Shown in pieces: positions 1 through 9,476 of a stretch of DNA of 64,000 nucleotides. The notes under the pieces are model-generated. The model saw only the letters and a program-made list of their open reading frames with translations. It ran no database searches and had not been told where the DNA came from. The position numbers were made by a program, and so were the translations under genes. This DNA is from a virus. Each line of letters begins with the position of its first letter. The first letter of the stretch is position 1. The stretch lies in the IMG/VR virus record IMGVR_UViG_3300047476_001329; one strand, 5' to 3'.

Positions 1-206
1 TTGACGTAATTAATCTCATTTATCTCATTACCACTATCCCATTTGATTACTTCTACCTTTGGGTATTTTTGATAAATGTCATCAGACGAATCTGTCGACA
101 TGTTATCATAAATGAATATCTTCTCACAGATGATACTGTAATAATCTAATGTAAATGGAAGTATTCTTTCCTCATTCCAAGATAATATATGTGCGTGTAT
201 TTTCAT

Positions 207-986
207 TTAAAATAAATTTTTCCAAAGTGTTAATATCTCATCATTATTTAATTTAGAAACCTCATTCATAGTTTCTTCATTTCCATAAAATTCAGTACCT
301 GTTAGGTAACACTCATCTTTAACTAAACATGCAACTTCCCCTTTAGATGAATGGTAAACTTTACCAATCATATCGTACATCTCTTGTTTATTATTTGTGT
401 GACCGTAGTGAATCACTCTTGGATTCATTAATGGTTTTACAAACCTGTCGAAGTAACCTTGGTCACCGATATGTCCGAACAGGTAAATTTTTTCACACCT
501 ATCTTTCAGGGCTCTTTGTATTGAAACATGTGTTTGTTTTCTGTCCTCAATTGTACCAATTATACCTGCGATGTTTTTTACTGATTCTTTATCAGAGTTC
601 AATAGGTTCTCTTTGATATTCGGTATGATTACATAATCCCCTCGATAATCCGAATGGTATTTCCTGTGCTCATCATGTAAAAAAACACAGACATCCCAGT
701 ACTGTTTTATTTTCCCAACGGGAAACCACCACTTCTCATGACAAGATAAGATTACCTTTTTTACCGGTGGTCTTTCTTGTAATTGTAAAAAATGGGTGAT
801 GATTACATCATCTGGTTCATATTTTAAATCCTTATCGATGTTACCAGACTTACATTTATCCAAATGGTAATTTTGATTACCATAAAATGTGCAGTCAATA
901 CCGTTTTCGTTTAAAAAATTAGTTAAGTTTATAAAAAAGGTGGTCGAGCCACCCTTTTCTGTAAATCCTGATATTATTTTTATCAT
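207..986 (-). CDS. putative glycosyltransferase (GT-B-like N-terminus with GG motif)
   Basis: 259-aa ORF. N-terminal 'IISGFTEKGGSTTFFINLTNFLNENG' resembles the GT4/GT-B N-terminal Gly-rich motif. Overlaps the downstream ORF by 4 nt (operon-like). Confidence 0.35.
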   Translation of the reverse strand: MIKIISGFTEKGGSTTFFINLTNFLNENGIDCTFYGNQNYHLDKCKSGNIDKDLKYEPDDVIITHFLQLQERPPVKKVILSCHEKWWFPVGKIKQYWDVCVFLHDEHRKYHSDYRGDYVIIPNIKENLLNSDKESVKNIAGIIGTIEDRKQTHVSIQRALKDRCEKIYLFGHIGDQGYFDRFVKPLMNPRVIHYGHTNNKQEMYDMIGKVYHSSKGEVACLVKDECYLTGTEFYGNEETMNEVSKLNNDEILTLWKNLF

Positions 987-2443
987 CTTATTTGTTTCAC
1001 ATTTTTTCTAATCTCAGGTACATTGATATATTGACCTAAAACTTGTTTTAATTCCCCATCTATCTTTTCAAATTGAGATGCCATGTCAATCATAACAACA
1101 CTATTTGTATCAACATAAACTTTACGTTTTTTAAGGAATGACTTCAATGCAAAATCTAAATTGTAGATTGATGTTTCTAAATTAATATCGAACCAATCTA
1201 TCATTTTTAAATTTGAAGATGTGGTTGCAAAAAAATCACTGATACTTCCAAAATTAATTGGGAAATGTCCGTGAAGTATGTTGAAATACGATGATTTATT
1301 TTTAAAGATTAAATTAAACTGCTCTTCTTTATTTTGAATAACGTCTAAACCATTTGAGAAGATGGTTCCATCAGATTCTAAAACCGATGGGAACGCACAT
1401 CCAAAACTACTCTTTTCATTTTTGTATATCCCATACATACTTGAAAAGGTATCATTAAGAATAGTCACCGCATCAGTCGAAAAGAAAAGTAAATCCGTTT
1501 TAGAACTCATAAACGATTCATCCCATTTCAATACAGATAGGTTTTTATTTAATGTTTCAAAAAACCCTTCATAGATAATAACATTTTCAGATTCATATTT
1601 CCTCACATCCTCAATGTTACTATCGGTTGAAATCAATGAGATTAATAGATTATCATAAACAGGTAAATTTTTAATATTATCGAAGAAATTTACAAGGTTC
1701 TCATTATTGTTCGATGTTTGAACAATTAGATTGTATTTCTCTTTAACCTGTTTTGGTTTAATCACATTGTAATTAATCTTTGGTGTGATTGATATGGGTA
1801 ATTCATTTTTAAATCTTTCAATGTAATCCTCTCTATTCTTTTCCCAAGATTCGTTGGTCATTCCAATAGATTTATGGGTTAATCTAATGTTATAGATAAC
1901 ACCAATCTGAACATCACTTAAATGATTCTCAGTGCAGAATGTCATATCGTAAAAATGGAAACCTGGTACAGATTCGTTAAATGTGTGTTTAATCCTATTC
2001 TTATGAATTGCAATAAACAAACCGTCAACCAAACAAACTTGTTGAATTGAATTTGGGACGCCATTCGCATATCTTGATTCCCACTTTTTACCTTCATTTT
2101 CATGATTAACAATACCAACCATTTTGGTATTATCTGTCCACCATCTACCACTTTCATGAATGTTGGTGGTACCGGCAACACCCAAAATACCGTATTCACT
2201 TTCTTCAAAGTGTTTCATTAACTTTCTTCCCCACGAGCCGGTATCGAAATAGATATCATCGTGACAAAGAACAACGATATCGTGTTCAGACTCTTGTATT
2301 ATTTCATTGTAAGTTTGTGACAAACTTTTTTCACCATTGTTCACCTTTTCAATAACCTGAACTTTTGGGTGACCACAAGTTTTCTTTAAGTATTCTTGAA
2401 ACTTGGGATTTGATTCTCTTGTGCTGTAACCTATTGTTATCAT
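983..2443 (-). CDS. putative nucleotide-sugar glycosyltransferase (GT-A-like, DxD-type 'HDDIYF') with C-terminal extension
   Basis: 486-aa ORF. N-terminal Rossmann-like segment followed by 'VVLCHDDIYF' (DxD-like) and 'GVAGTTN'. Translationally coupled to flanking minus-strand genes. Confidence 0.35.
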   Translation of the reverse strand: MITIGYSTRESNPKFQEYLKKTCGHPKVQVIEKVNNGEKSLSQTYNEIIQESEHDIVVLCHDDIYFDTGSWGRKLMKHFEESEYGILGVAGTTNIHESGRWWTDNTKMVGIVNHENEGKKWESRYANGVPNSIQQVCLVDGLFIAIHKNRIKHTFNESVPGFHFYDMTFCTENHLSDVQIGVIYNIRLTHKSIGMTNESWEKNREDYIERFKNELPISITPKINYNVIKPKQVKEKYNLIVQTSNNNENLVNFFDNIKNLPVYDNLLISLISTDSNIEDVRKYESENVIIYEGFFETLNKNLSVLKWDESFMSSKTDLLFFSTDAVTILNDTFSSMYGIYKNEKSSFGCAFPSVLESDGTIFSNGLDVIQNKEEQFNLIFKNKSSYFNILHGHFPINFGSISDFFATTSSNLKMIDWFDINLETSIYNLDFALKSFLKKRKVYVDTNSVVMIDMASQFEKIDGELKQVLGQYINVPEIRKNVKQIR

Positions 2444-2793
2444 CCTCTTAATAATTTGAAATTTTTAAATGTGTATTTGTTGTAGGAATAATCGAAATAA
2501 AAAAGTTGTCCAACAGGTTCGTTCATTGGTTGTATCGGAACTAAGTCCTGAACAATTGTTGTTGCATCCTGTCTTATTGTATTAATGATTTCTGAATCGA
2601 TTTCCCTTGAGAGTTCTTCCGATAATAATCTTGTCAATTCTTCTTCCACATTGATATTGTGATATGCTTCAATATCCTGAGCTAGTTCAGGAGACCATTG
2701 AGCATGAATTCTACGAATACCATGTCTAACTTCGACAGTGTTCGTTAGAAAATAATCATCACCTCTTAAAAGTAAGAATTTAGATAAGGGCAT
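2440..2793 (-). CDS. hypothetical protein
   Basis: 117-aa ORF in a minus-strand gene block, start overlapping the upstream gene stop. Confidence 0.3.
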   Translation of the reverse strand: MPLSKFLLLRGDDYFLTNTVEVRHGIRRIHAQWSPELAQDIEAYHNINVEEELTRLLSEELSREIDSEIINTIRQDATTIVQDLVPIQPMNEPVGQLFYFDYSYNKYTFKNFKLLRG

Positions 2794-2822
2794 ACCAAAA
2801 TATAAGAAAAACTAATCACAAA

Positions 2823-3062
2823 TTAAAATTTAGAACCATTTGGTGCTAAACCATTGTGATTATCTATTTGTTTTCTAAAATCCTCTCTTGTGTTATAAAG
2901 GTCAAGGGACCTGTTCACTAATTTTTGTAGGTTAATCGAACCATCAATTGTTTTAATCTTGAACCTCTTGTAAACATCGTCAATAATATTGACACTTGTA
3001 AGTTTTGTTTGTTGTTTAGGCATAATATAAGTATATAAATTTATATATATTATAAAAGACAA
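2823..3062 (-). CDS. hypothetical protein
   Basis: 79-aa ORF, minus-strand block. Confidence 0.25.
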   Translation of the reverse strand: MSFIIYINLYTYIMPKQQTKLTSVNIIDDVYKRFKIKTIDGSINLQKLVNRSLDLYNTREDFRKQIDNHNGLAPNGSKF

Positions 3063-3099
3063 AAAATATCGGACAATTTATCAGACTGTCCGATATTAT

Positions 3100-3288
3100 T
3101 TACTGTCCTTCAGTGTTTTCTTCGTTTGTTTGATTGTTAATCTCCTCAACCTTTTTGATAATTTGGTCAAGTTGTTGCTCCATAATACTAATTTCTTGAG
3201 GAGGAGTTGAAGAACTACCCTCAGTTAATTGAATGTTTACTGTTGGATTACTAACAGGTTGATTTCTTTTTTTACATCCGCATCCCAT
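3100..3288 (-). CDS. hypothetical small protein (N-terminal MGCGC, coiled-coil-like)
   Basis: 62-aa ORF. Cys-rich N-terminus, Glu/Gln-rich C-terminus. Confidence 0.2.
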   Translation of the reverse strand: MGCGCKKRNQPVSNPTVNIQLTEGSSSTPPQEISIMEQQLDQIIKKVEEINNQTNEENTEGQ

Positions 3289-3369
3289 GATTTTAAGTTT
3301 TTTTATAAATATTTTGGTTTATTGTTTTTTATTCGTTATCATTTGTAATGATAGTAAACAAAAAAGAAT

Positions 3370-4230
3370 TTGTCAATGGAAACGAATAAAATTTATCAAG
3401 GAGATTGTTTAGAACTTTTTAAAGAGTTGGATAACAACGTGGTTGACCTGTATGTAACAAGTCCACCCTACAATGTGGGCATTAGTTATGATGTCCATAA
3501 AGATGACGAACCAATGGAAGATTATCTTGCTTGGTGTAAGAAATGGTTATCTGAAGTTTATAGAACGTTAAAAGACGATGGAAGAATAGCTCTGAACATT
3601 CCTTATGAAATCAATGTGAGAGAAAGAGGGGGTAGAATCTTTTTAGTTTCTGAATACTGGCAGATGATGAAAGAAATTGGTTTTGGATTTTTTGGTGTTG
3701 TTGATTTAGAAGAGGATTCACCACACCGCTCAAAAACAACTGCGTGGGGTTCATGGATGTCACCATCATCACCCTACATATACAACCCAAAAGAATGTGT
3801 AATTCTTGCATATAAGAAGGATTACAAGAAAAAAGAAAAGGGCACCTCTCAATGGTCATATAATGAGGTTGAAATGGAAAATGAAGAGGGTGTTATCAAA
3901 AACAAAAGAGTTTATTCAGAAAAGGATAAGAGTGAATTCATGGAATTAGTTTTTGGTCAATGGAAATATTTTAATGACACCAAGTCATTAACCAAAGCGA
4001 CCTTCTCTATGGACATCCCAATGAAAGCAATAAAAATTCTTTCTTACAAAAATGATTTAGTTGTTGATTGTTTTTCGGGTAGTGGTACAACCGCACTTGC
4101 GGCTAAGAAATTAGATAGAAACTATATTGGGTTTGAATTATCTGAGAACTACGCTAAGATATCTCAACAAAGATTAATCGATTACGATAATCAAAAGAAA
4201 CAATTGGTGTTGTTTGAGAATGAAAATTAA
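3370..4230 (+). CDS. DNA methyltransferase, beta-class (N4-cytosine or N6-adenine; SPPY motif IV precedes FxGxG motif I)
   Basis: 'DLYVTSPPYNVG' catalytic motif near the N-terminus and 'VVDCFSGSGTTALAA' SAM-binding motif near the C-terminus. Order IV then I defines the beta class. SPPY is more typical of N4C enzymes. Confidence 0.8.
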   Translation: MSMETNKIYQGDCLELFKELDNNVVDLYVTSPPYNVGISYDVHKDDEPMEDYLAWCKKWLSEVYRTLKDDGRIALNIPYEINVRERGGRIFLVSEYWQMMKEIGFGFFGVVDLEEDSPHRSKTTAWGSWMSPSSPYIYNPKECVILAYKKDYKKKEKGTSQWSYNEVEMENEEGVIKNKRVYSEKDKSEFMELVFGQWKYFNDTKSLTKATFSMDIPMKAIKILSYKNDLVVDCFSGSGTTALAAKKLDRNYIGFELSENYAKISQQRLIDYDNQKKQLVLFENEN

Positions 4231-4595
4231 GACACAGGATTAATCGGTGTACCCAAATACATGTTTACTCGGTCACCCTCTTTAAAATTTGAGGTGGTAC
4301 CAGCTGGAAATTCAATTACATGGTCGGCAATACCGGTATATCTTTTTGGATTAAGTTCATTTTGACCCACGGGTTCACAATTACGGTGTATCCTACTAAT
4401 TTTATTTCTTAAGACAAAGACAATATCCAAAGGTATTAGACAATTTTTCATCCAAAAAGAATGGTGACCAATGTTACCCATATTAAACACCATACAACCT
4501 TCTAAATTGTCTCTACCCATCATTCCTTTACTTATTTCTTCAGGTTCTGATAAGTACTCTGCGGGGAATCTTGTATTGTTTATTATTACTGACAT
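4227..4595 (-). CDS. DUF192-like protein (COG1430 family)
   Basis: 'FWMKNCLIPLDIVFV' matches the conserved 'MxNTxIPLDiiF' core of DUF192 proteins. Confidence 0.4.
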   Translation of the reverse strand: MSVIINNTRFPAEYLSEPEEISKGMMGRDNLEGCMVFNMGNIGHHSFWMKNCLIPLDIVFVLRNKISRIHRNCEPVGQNELNPKRYTGIADHVIEFPAGTTSNFKEGDRVNMYLGTPINPVS

Positions 4596-4646
4596 ATTTT
4601 TATAAATATTTGACTTTCTCGTATTTCTTTATTATACTTTATTATC

Positions 4647-4892
4647 ATGAAAGCGTTGTTTAATAATCAGTTGAATTTTGACAATACGGATGAATTTGAA
4701 TTAGTTTTAGATAATTTAAATTTACAGATGTCAATCCAAATAATTGAAATAGGTATACAACATGCTTTAAATATGGGTGCGTATAATCTAATGGAGACAC
4801 ACTCACTATATAAATCATTACAACATTTAAAAAAATATGAACATAAGGACAATAATTTACGTGATGTTGATTCTGACGGGAATTCTGATTGA
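4647..4892 (+). CDS. hypothetical small protein
   Basis: 81-aa ORF. An overlapping antisense ORF of equal length exists, so strand is uncertain. Confidence 0.2.
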   Translation: MKALFNNQLNFDNTDEFELVLDNLNLQMSIQIIEIGIQHALNMGAYNLMETHSLYKSLQHLKKYEHKDNNLRDVDSDGNSD

Positions 4893-5211
4893 AAAATACG
4901 GAATAAACACAACTAATCCTGAGCTAGAAAAATATTTTGGTTTCGGGATAATCTCGTTAGGTTCATTCAACATCGTCTTAGACTATTTAAAAAAGAAGAA
5001 AAATGGGTAATCAAAAAGAAAAAAAGTATTTTGTTGATTTCTTTATTATAAAGAAAAAACACCACTGGTTTTTAATTCCCACACCCATTTTTTCATATAA
5101 CAAACATGAATTTTTTGAAACCGGAGTTACATCCCCATCCGTGGGTTTTAGTTTAAGGTTTTTGATTTTCATGATTGGGGTCCAAGCACAAAAAAATATA
5201 TATTATAAAAA

Positions 5212-6342
5212 ATGAAAAGAGTAGTTGAGTATGTTTGGTTGGATGGGTACACACCAGAACCAAATCTTAGAAGTAAAATTAAAATAGTTGATTTATATAA
5301 ATCGGTAAATGAACTAAGTGTTTCTGACTTCCCTAATTGGGGATTTGATGGTAGTTCAACAAAACAAGCTGAGGGTAATTTTTCAGATTGTTATTTGAAA
5401 CCTGTTAGATTTTATGCGACAGAAAATTACAGTGATACAATATATGTGTTGTGTGAAGTTTTAGATGGTAACAATCAAACTCACGAGTCAAATACTCGAG
5501 CGAAAGTTGGTGTAGAGGATATAAATTTTTGGGTGGGACTCGAACAAGAATACTTTATACGTTCAGGACATAACAAAAATATATTGGGGTTTGATTCAGG
5601 AACAATGATTGACCCACAAGGTAAGTATTATTGTGGTGTCGGTGGTCAAATGTATGGTAGAGAAGTGAGTACAGACCATTTGAATATGTGTTTAAAATAT
5701 AGAATAAACATTGAAGGAACGAACGCGGAAGTTGCCATGGGACAATGGGAATACCAAATTTTTGAAAAGGGTAAACTTAAAGCGTCAGATGATTTGTGGA
5801 TGTCGCGATACTTCTTGTTTCTGATTGCTGAAAAGTATGGATATCAAATTGAGTTACACCCTAAACCAATTCAACACGGTGAATGGAACGGTTCAGGAAT
5901 GCACACCAACTTCTCAAATGAAAAAATGAGAACTACGGGTGGAGAAGAATACTTCAATGCAATTTTTAGGGCGTTTGAATCAAGAACCAAAGAACATATT
6001 GAAAATTATGGTTCCGATAATCATTTACGATTAACAGGTAAATTTGAAACACAGTCAATTGACACATTTAGTTGGGGATTCTCAGATAGAGGAGCATCGA
6101 TTAGGGTTCCTAAATCGGTTGCGGATACTTGGGTAGGATATCTTGAGGATAGAAGACCAGCATCTCACGCTGACCCATATAGAATTGTAAAAGTTATTTC
6201 TGACACATTAACCTTAGCCGAAGAATTAAATAATACAATTCACATGATGAATGTTGAAGTTGATATAGAAAGTGTTGCAAGTAAATACGGAGCTCTTTCA
6301 AACGATGAACTGTTGGAAAACTACAGAAAAGACGAAGAATAA
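5212..6342 (+). CDS. glutamine synthetase, type II-like
   Basis: N-terminal 'VEYVWLDGYTPEPNLRSKIKIV' (GSII beta-grasp), 'GLEQEYF', 'GTNAEVAMGQWEYQI', 'ASIRVP'. These are all hallmark GS motifs. 376 aa fits GSII size. Confidence 0.75.
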   Translation: MKRVVEYVWLDGYTPEPNLRSKIKIVDLYKSVNELSVSDFPNWGFDGSSTKQAEGNFSDCYLKPVRFYATENYSDTIYVLCEVLDGNNQTHESNTRAKVGVEDINFWVGLEQEYFIRSGHNKNILGFDSGTMIDPQGKYYCGVGGQMYGREVSTDHLNMCLKYRINIEGTNAEVAMGQWEYQIFEKGKLKASDDLWMSRYFLFLIAEKYGYQIELHPKPIQHGEWNGSGMHTNFSNEKMRTTGGEEYFNAIFRAFESRTKEHIENYGSDNHLRLTGKFETQSIDTFSWGFSDRGASIRVPKSVADTWVGYLEDRRPASHADPYRIVKVISDTLTLAEELNNTIHMMNVEVDIESVASKYGALSNDELLENYRKDEE

Positions 6343-6352
6343 AATTTAATTT

Positions 6353-6505
6353 ATGGGAAAAAAAGATAAAGAACACAGAAAAAAAGTTCAAGCTCGTAAT
6401 CAAAAATTAAAAAGAGAAGAATCAACATTGATTAACCTCTTTAAAAAATTAGAAGAGTCGAAAAAAACTGAAACCGAAAATAAAAATCAAGTTAAAAACG
6501 ATTAA
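6353..6505 (+). CDS. hypothetical small basic protein (50 aa, Lys/Arg/Glu-rich)
   Basis: Unlisted ORF 'MGKKDKEHRKKVQARNQKLKREE...' fills the intergenic gap. Stop is adjacent to the next ATG. Confidence 0.25.
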   Translation: MGKKDKEHRKKVQARNQKLKREESTLINLFKKLEESKKTETENKNQVKND

Positions 6506-6506
6506 A

Positions 6507-6677
6507 ATGATAAGCCAACAAATTTTAGACACCTTTGTATTCGAAACATTGAATGGTCAATTCGGTGTTTCCGACCCAACAGAATTCGACCAAGTTATTG
6601 GTTACTATAATACAAAAATTGAAGCCGAAAATGCTTTAAAAGAATACATCACAAGAGAAGAAATAATATTTGAATAA
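6507..6677 (+). CDS. hypothetical small protein (56 aa)
   Basis: Unlisted ORF 'MISQQILDTFVFETLNGQFGVSD...'. Its TAA stop overlaps the ATG of the thioesterase gene (TAATG). Confidence 0.25.
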   Translation: MISQQILDTFVFETLNGQFGVSDPTEFDQVIGYYNTKIEAENALKEYITREEIIFE

Positions 6678-7087
6678 TGGAGTTTTTAAATTCTCACCCA
6701 ATAAAAAAATCTGACTTAGGATTTCACGGAAATTTATTCGGTGGGAAGTTACTCGCTTGGATTGATGCTGCTGCTGCGGGGTATTCGATGCAGTTGTGTG
6801 ACTCACCAAGAATGGTTACAGTTTCAATAGATAAATGTTATTTTGAAAAGCCAGCAAAAGAGGGTCAATTAATAAAAATTTACGGATTACCAAGTAAATT
6901 AGGAAACACATCGGTTACATTATACATGGAGGCAAGAGCTCATAATGTTTATACTGGTAATCAAATTGTAATCCTTAAAACGAATATTAGATTTGTTCGT
7001 ATTGATGAAGAAGGTAATCCCGTACCAATTGGTGAGAAAGGTAGAAGTAGAATTCAAAAATTAATTGATTCACAACCTACAGAATAA
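6677..7087 (+). CDS. acyl-CoA thioesterase (hotdog fold, 4HBT/YciA-like)
   Basis: 'GNLFGGKLLAWIDAAAAGYSMQ' matches the hotdog thioesterase active-site region. Confidence 0.6.
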   Translation: MEFLNSHPIKKSDLGFHGNLFGGKLLAWIDAAAAGYSMQLCDSPRMVTVSIDKCYFEKPAKEGQLIKIYGLPSKLGNTSVTLYMEARAHNVYTGNQIVILKTNIRFVRIDEEGNPVPIGEKGRSRIQKLIDSQPTE

Positions 7088-7500
7088 TGACTAAGAAAAA
7101 ACCCGACTTGGTTGTTTGGAATGAGGAAAACGGGTACGACTCGAATATAAAGGAATACCCAACTAATATCGGTGCACCTGCGTTCCAACTTCCAAATGTT
7201 TCTTTAATACGAACTGAATCATCTAAAAAAATGATGTCAGTTTTTGAAAGGGAAAGGGAGGAACTAATTGCAAAAGCGGAAAAATTAAGTAGAGAGTTTA
7301 ATGACTCATTAATGGTTTGGGAATCTAAAATACCGTTTGAACCAATTGTTGGTAAAACATATTACCTATACAACTTTAAGGGAGTTAAGACATTAAGTTT
7401 AATTTCCCCTAATGAATGGAATAAACAAGATTGTTTTTTAGGTGGCTTTACATTAAATTCGGAAAATAAATGGTTAAGAACATATGAAAGTCACTCTTGA
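7087..7500 (+). CDS. hypothetical protein
   Basis: 137-aa ORF, start overlaps the upstream stop. Confidence 0.35.
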   Translation: MTKKKPDLVVWNEENGYDSNIKEYPTNIGAPAFQLPNVSLIRTESSKKMMSVFEREREELIAKAEKLSREFNDSLMVWESKIPFEPIVGKTYYLYNFKGVKTLSLISPNEWNKQDCFLGGFTLNSENKWLRTYESHS

Positions 7501-7662
7501 AAGACAGTATAAACAATATTTAAAAACCAATCCCGAGATTGTACTTTCTTTCGAGGATTGGGAAAAAGTTTATATGGAAAATTTAAGAATCGGTTTAGAA
7601 ATGGGTGATGACTTTTCAGATTGGGATATAACCCTAATGGATGGAATTGAAGAATTAGATTA

Positions 7663-8277
7663 ATGGAAGGAAAATTAACATATCAAGAAAAATCAAGTGA
7701 ACTTATAAACAGTGTTGAGGGATGGTTTATCACAAGTGATGACGGTACCAATCATTATAAAGTTTCAACTATGTCCACTGAAAAAATTAACAGTGGTAAT
7801 TACAATTTTAAATCAGGAGACACAGTTAGTTATATTTTAAAAACTAGTTGTTATGTTTCAGGAAACGAAATCGTACATGATACTGTTGCCGATTTAATGA
7901 CAACACCAGTACCAACCAAAAAAGTATTTTTAATCGATATTGACGGTACGGTTTGTGACGATATAAAGAACGAAGATTCACACCTTTACCCAACGGCAAA
8001 ACATTTCCCGAGAGCTTTGGACATAATAAACAAATGGTATGATGAAGGTCACATCATTACCTTCTTTACCGCGAGAGAGAGTAAAGATAGAGAAGTGACA
8101 GAAACATGGTTAAAAGAAAAAGGATTCAAATACCATGGTTTGGTTATGGATAAACCAAGAATAAAAGATGGGCAAGAATATGTATGGATTGATAATCGAA
8201 AGGTTAGAGCAATAACATATCTTGGAACATGGTCGGAATTAAAAGAAGTGGATGCTAAAATTCAAACATTTGAATAA
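7663..8277 (+). CDS. HAD-superfamily hydrolase (phosphatase/nucleotidase-like)
   Basis: 'KVFLIDIDGTVCDD' matches HAD motif I (DxDGT). Lies directly upstream of the ThyA-family gene with stop/start overlap. Confidence 0.5.
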   Translation: MEGKLTYQEKSSELINSVEGWFITSDDGTNHYKVSTMSTEKINSGNYNFKSGDTVSYILKTSCYVSGNEIVHDTVADLMTTPVPTKKVFLIDIDGTVCDDIKNEDSHLYPTAKHFPRALDIINKWYDEGHIITFFTARESKDREVTETWLKEKGFKYHGLVMDKPRIKDGQEYVWIDNRKVRAITYLGTWSELKEVDAKIQTFE

Positions 8278-9476
8278 TGAACAACGTAGATAAACAATAT
8301 CAAGATTTACTTCAGGACATTTTGGATAATGGTGTGGAGAAAAAAGACAGAACTGGTACAGGAACCATTTCAGTATTTGGTAGACAAATCCGTCACAAAA
8401 TGAGTGAGGGATTTCCCCTACTTACAACTAAGAAAATGGCTTGGAAAACTATGGTGACCGAGTTACTATGGTTCCTTCGTGGTGATACAAACATCAAGTT
8501 CCTTGTTGATAATGGTTGTCATATTTGGGATGGTGATGCTTATAAGAATTATTGTGAACAGCAATCAAGACAATTGATTAAAGGTTGTACTTATCAAGAG
8601 TTCATTGATAAAATCAAAACAGATGATGAGTTTGCTAAGAAGTGGGGTGAATTAGGTCCCGTGTATGGTAAGCAATGGAGAAGTTGGGAAAATTTCTTCT
8701 ATGATTGTCCAGACCCTGATGGTGATGGTTTTAGACATTCTGAAGTAGACCAAATCACAAACCTAATCAACGACCTTAAAACAAATCCTGACTCAAGACG
8801 ATTGATGGTTAATGCTTGGAATGTAGCTGAATTAGACCAAATGGTTCTTCCACCTTGTCATTATGGATTTCAAGTTTATACGAGAGAGTTGAGTTTGGAA
8901 GAGAGGAGAAAATTAGCAAATCACCCTTCAGAATTTATTTCACCAATCACAGTAGAATCTTGGGATAGAGCTAATATTCCAACCCGAGCAATCTCTCTAA
9001 TGTGGAATCAACGTTCAGTAGATACATTCTTAGGTTTACCATTCAACATTGCAAGTTATGGTTTATTACTTGAAATCATTGCTAAGATAGTTAATATGGT
9101 TCCTGACGAATTGATTGGTAATTTAGGTGATGTACATTTGTATTCAAACCATATTGAACAAGCCAAGGAACAGATTGGTAGAAAATATACACCAGAAGAA
9201 AGACATGAATTATTAAAAACTGCCATGGGTGATTTCTATCAAACGGCAGTCGACGAACAAGTTCCTTTTGGTGGAGGATTAAGTGAATACTATGAAGCAC
9301 ACAAAATACCACACCACTCGAGAGAACCTTTTGAATTACCAATATTAAAGTTACCAAAAACAAACGCATTTTGGGATGGGTTTGATGTTAGTTTATTTGG
9401 TCATTTAGACCCTATCGATTTTATGGTTGAAAACTATAAATCACACCCACCAATTAAAGCACCACTCTCAAATTAA
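8277..9476 (+). CDS. thyA: thymidylate synthase family enzyme (ThyA; a dUMP hydroxymethylase cannot be excluded) with three insertions
   Basis: 'RTGTGTISVFGRQIRH', 'GFPLLTTKKMAWK', 'ELLWFLRGDTN', catalytic Cys in 'LPPCHYGFQVY', 'DTFLGLPFNIASY', 'GDVHLYSNH', C-terminal 'PPIKAPL'. 399 aa against 264-316 typical. Confidence 0.85.
   Translation: MNNVDKQYQDLLQDILDNGVEKKDRTGTGTISVFGRQIRHKMSEGFPLLTTKKMAWKTMVTELLWFLRGDTNIKFLVDNGCHIWDGDAYKNYCEQQSRQLIKGCTYQEFIDKIKTDDEFAKKWGELGPVYGKQWRSWENFFYDCPDPDGDGFRHSEVDQITNLINDLKTNPDSRRLMVNAWNVAELDQMVLPPCHYGFQVYTRELSLEERRKLANHPSEFISPITVESWDRANIPTRAISLMWNQRSVDTFLGLPFNIASYGLLLEIIAKIVNMVPDELIGNLGDVHLYSNHIEQAKEQIGRKYTPEERHELLKTAMGDFYQTAVDEQVPFGGGLSEYYEAHKIPHHSREPFELPILKLPKTNAFWDGFDVSLFGHLDPIDFMVENYKSHPPIKAPLSN

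Noticed and set aside
347-616. Antisense or overlapping ORFs inside long genes (for example 347..616, 1362..1574, 1942..2208, 3611..3859, 10092..10319, 10535..10774, 13751..13975, 25268..25643, 30946..31329, 42433..42669, 54264..54660)
   Set aside because: They are embedded in the opposite strand or an alternate frame of well-supported genes, are low-complexity and hydrophobic as expected from AT-rich DNA, and have no promoter motif, so they are treated as spurious.
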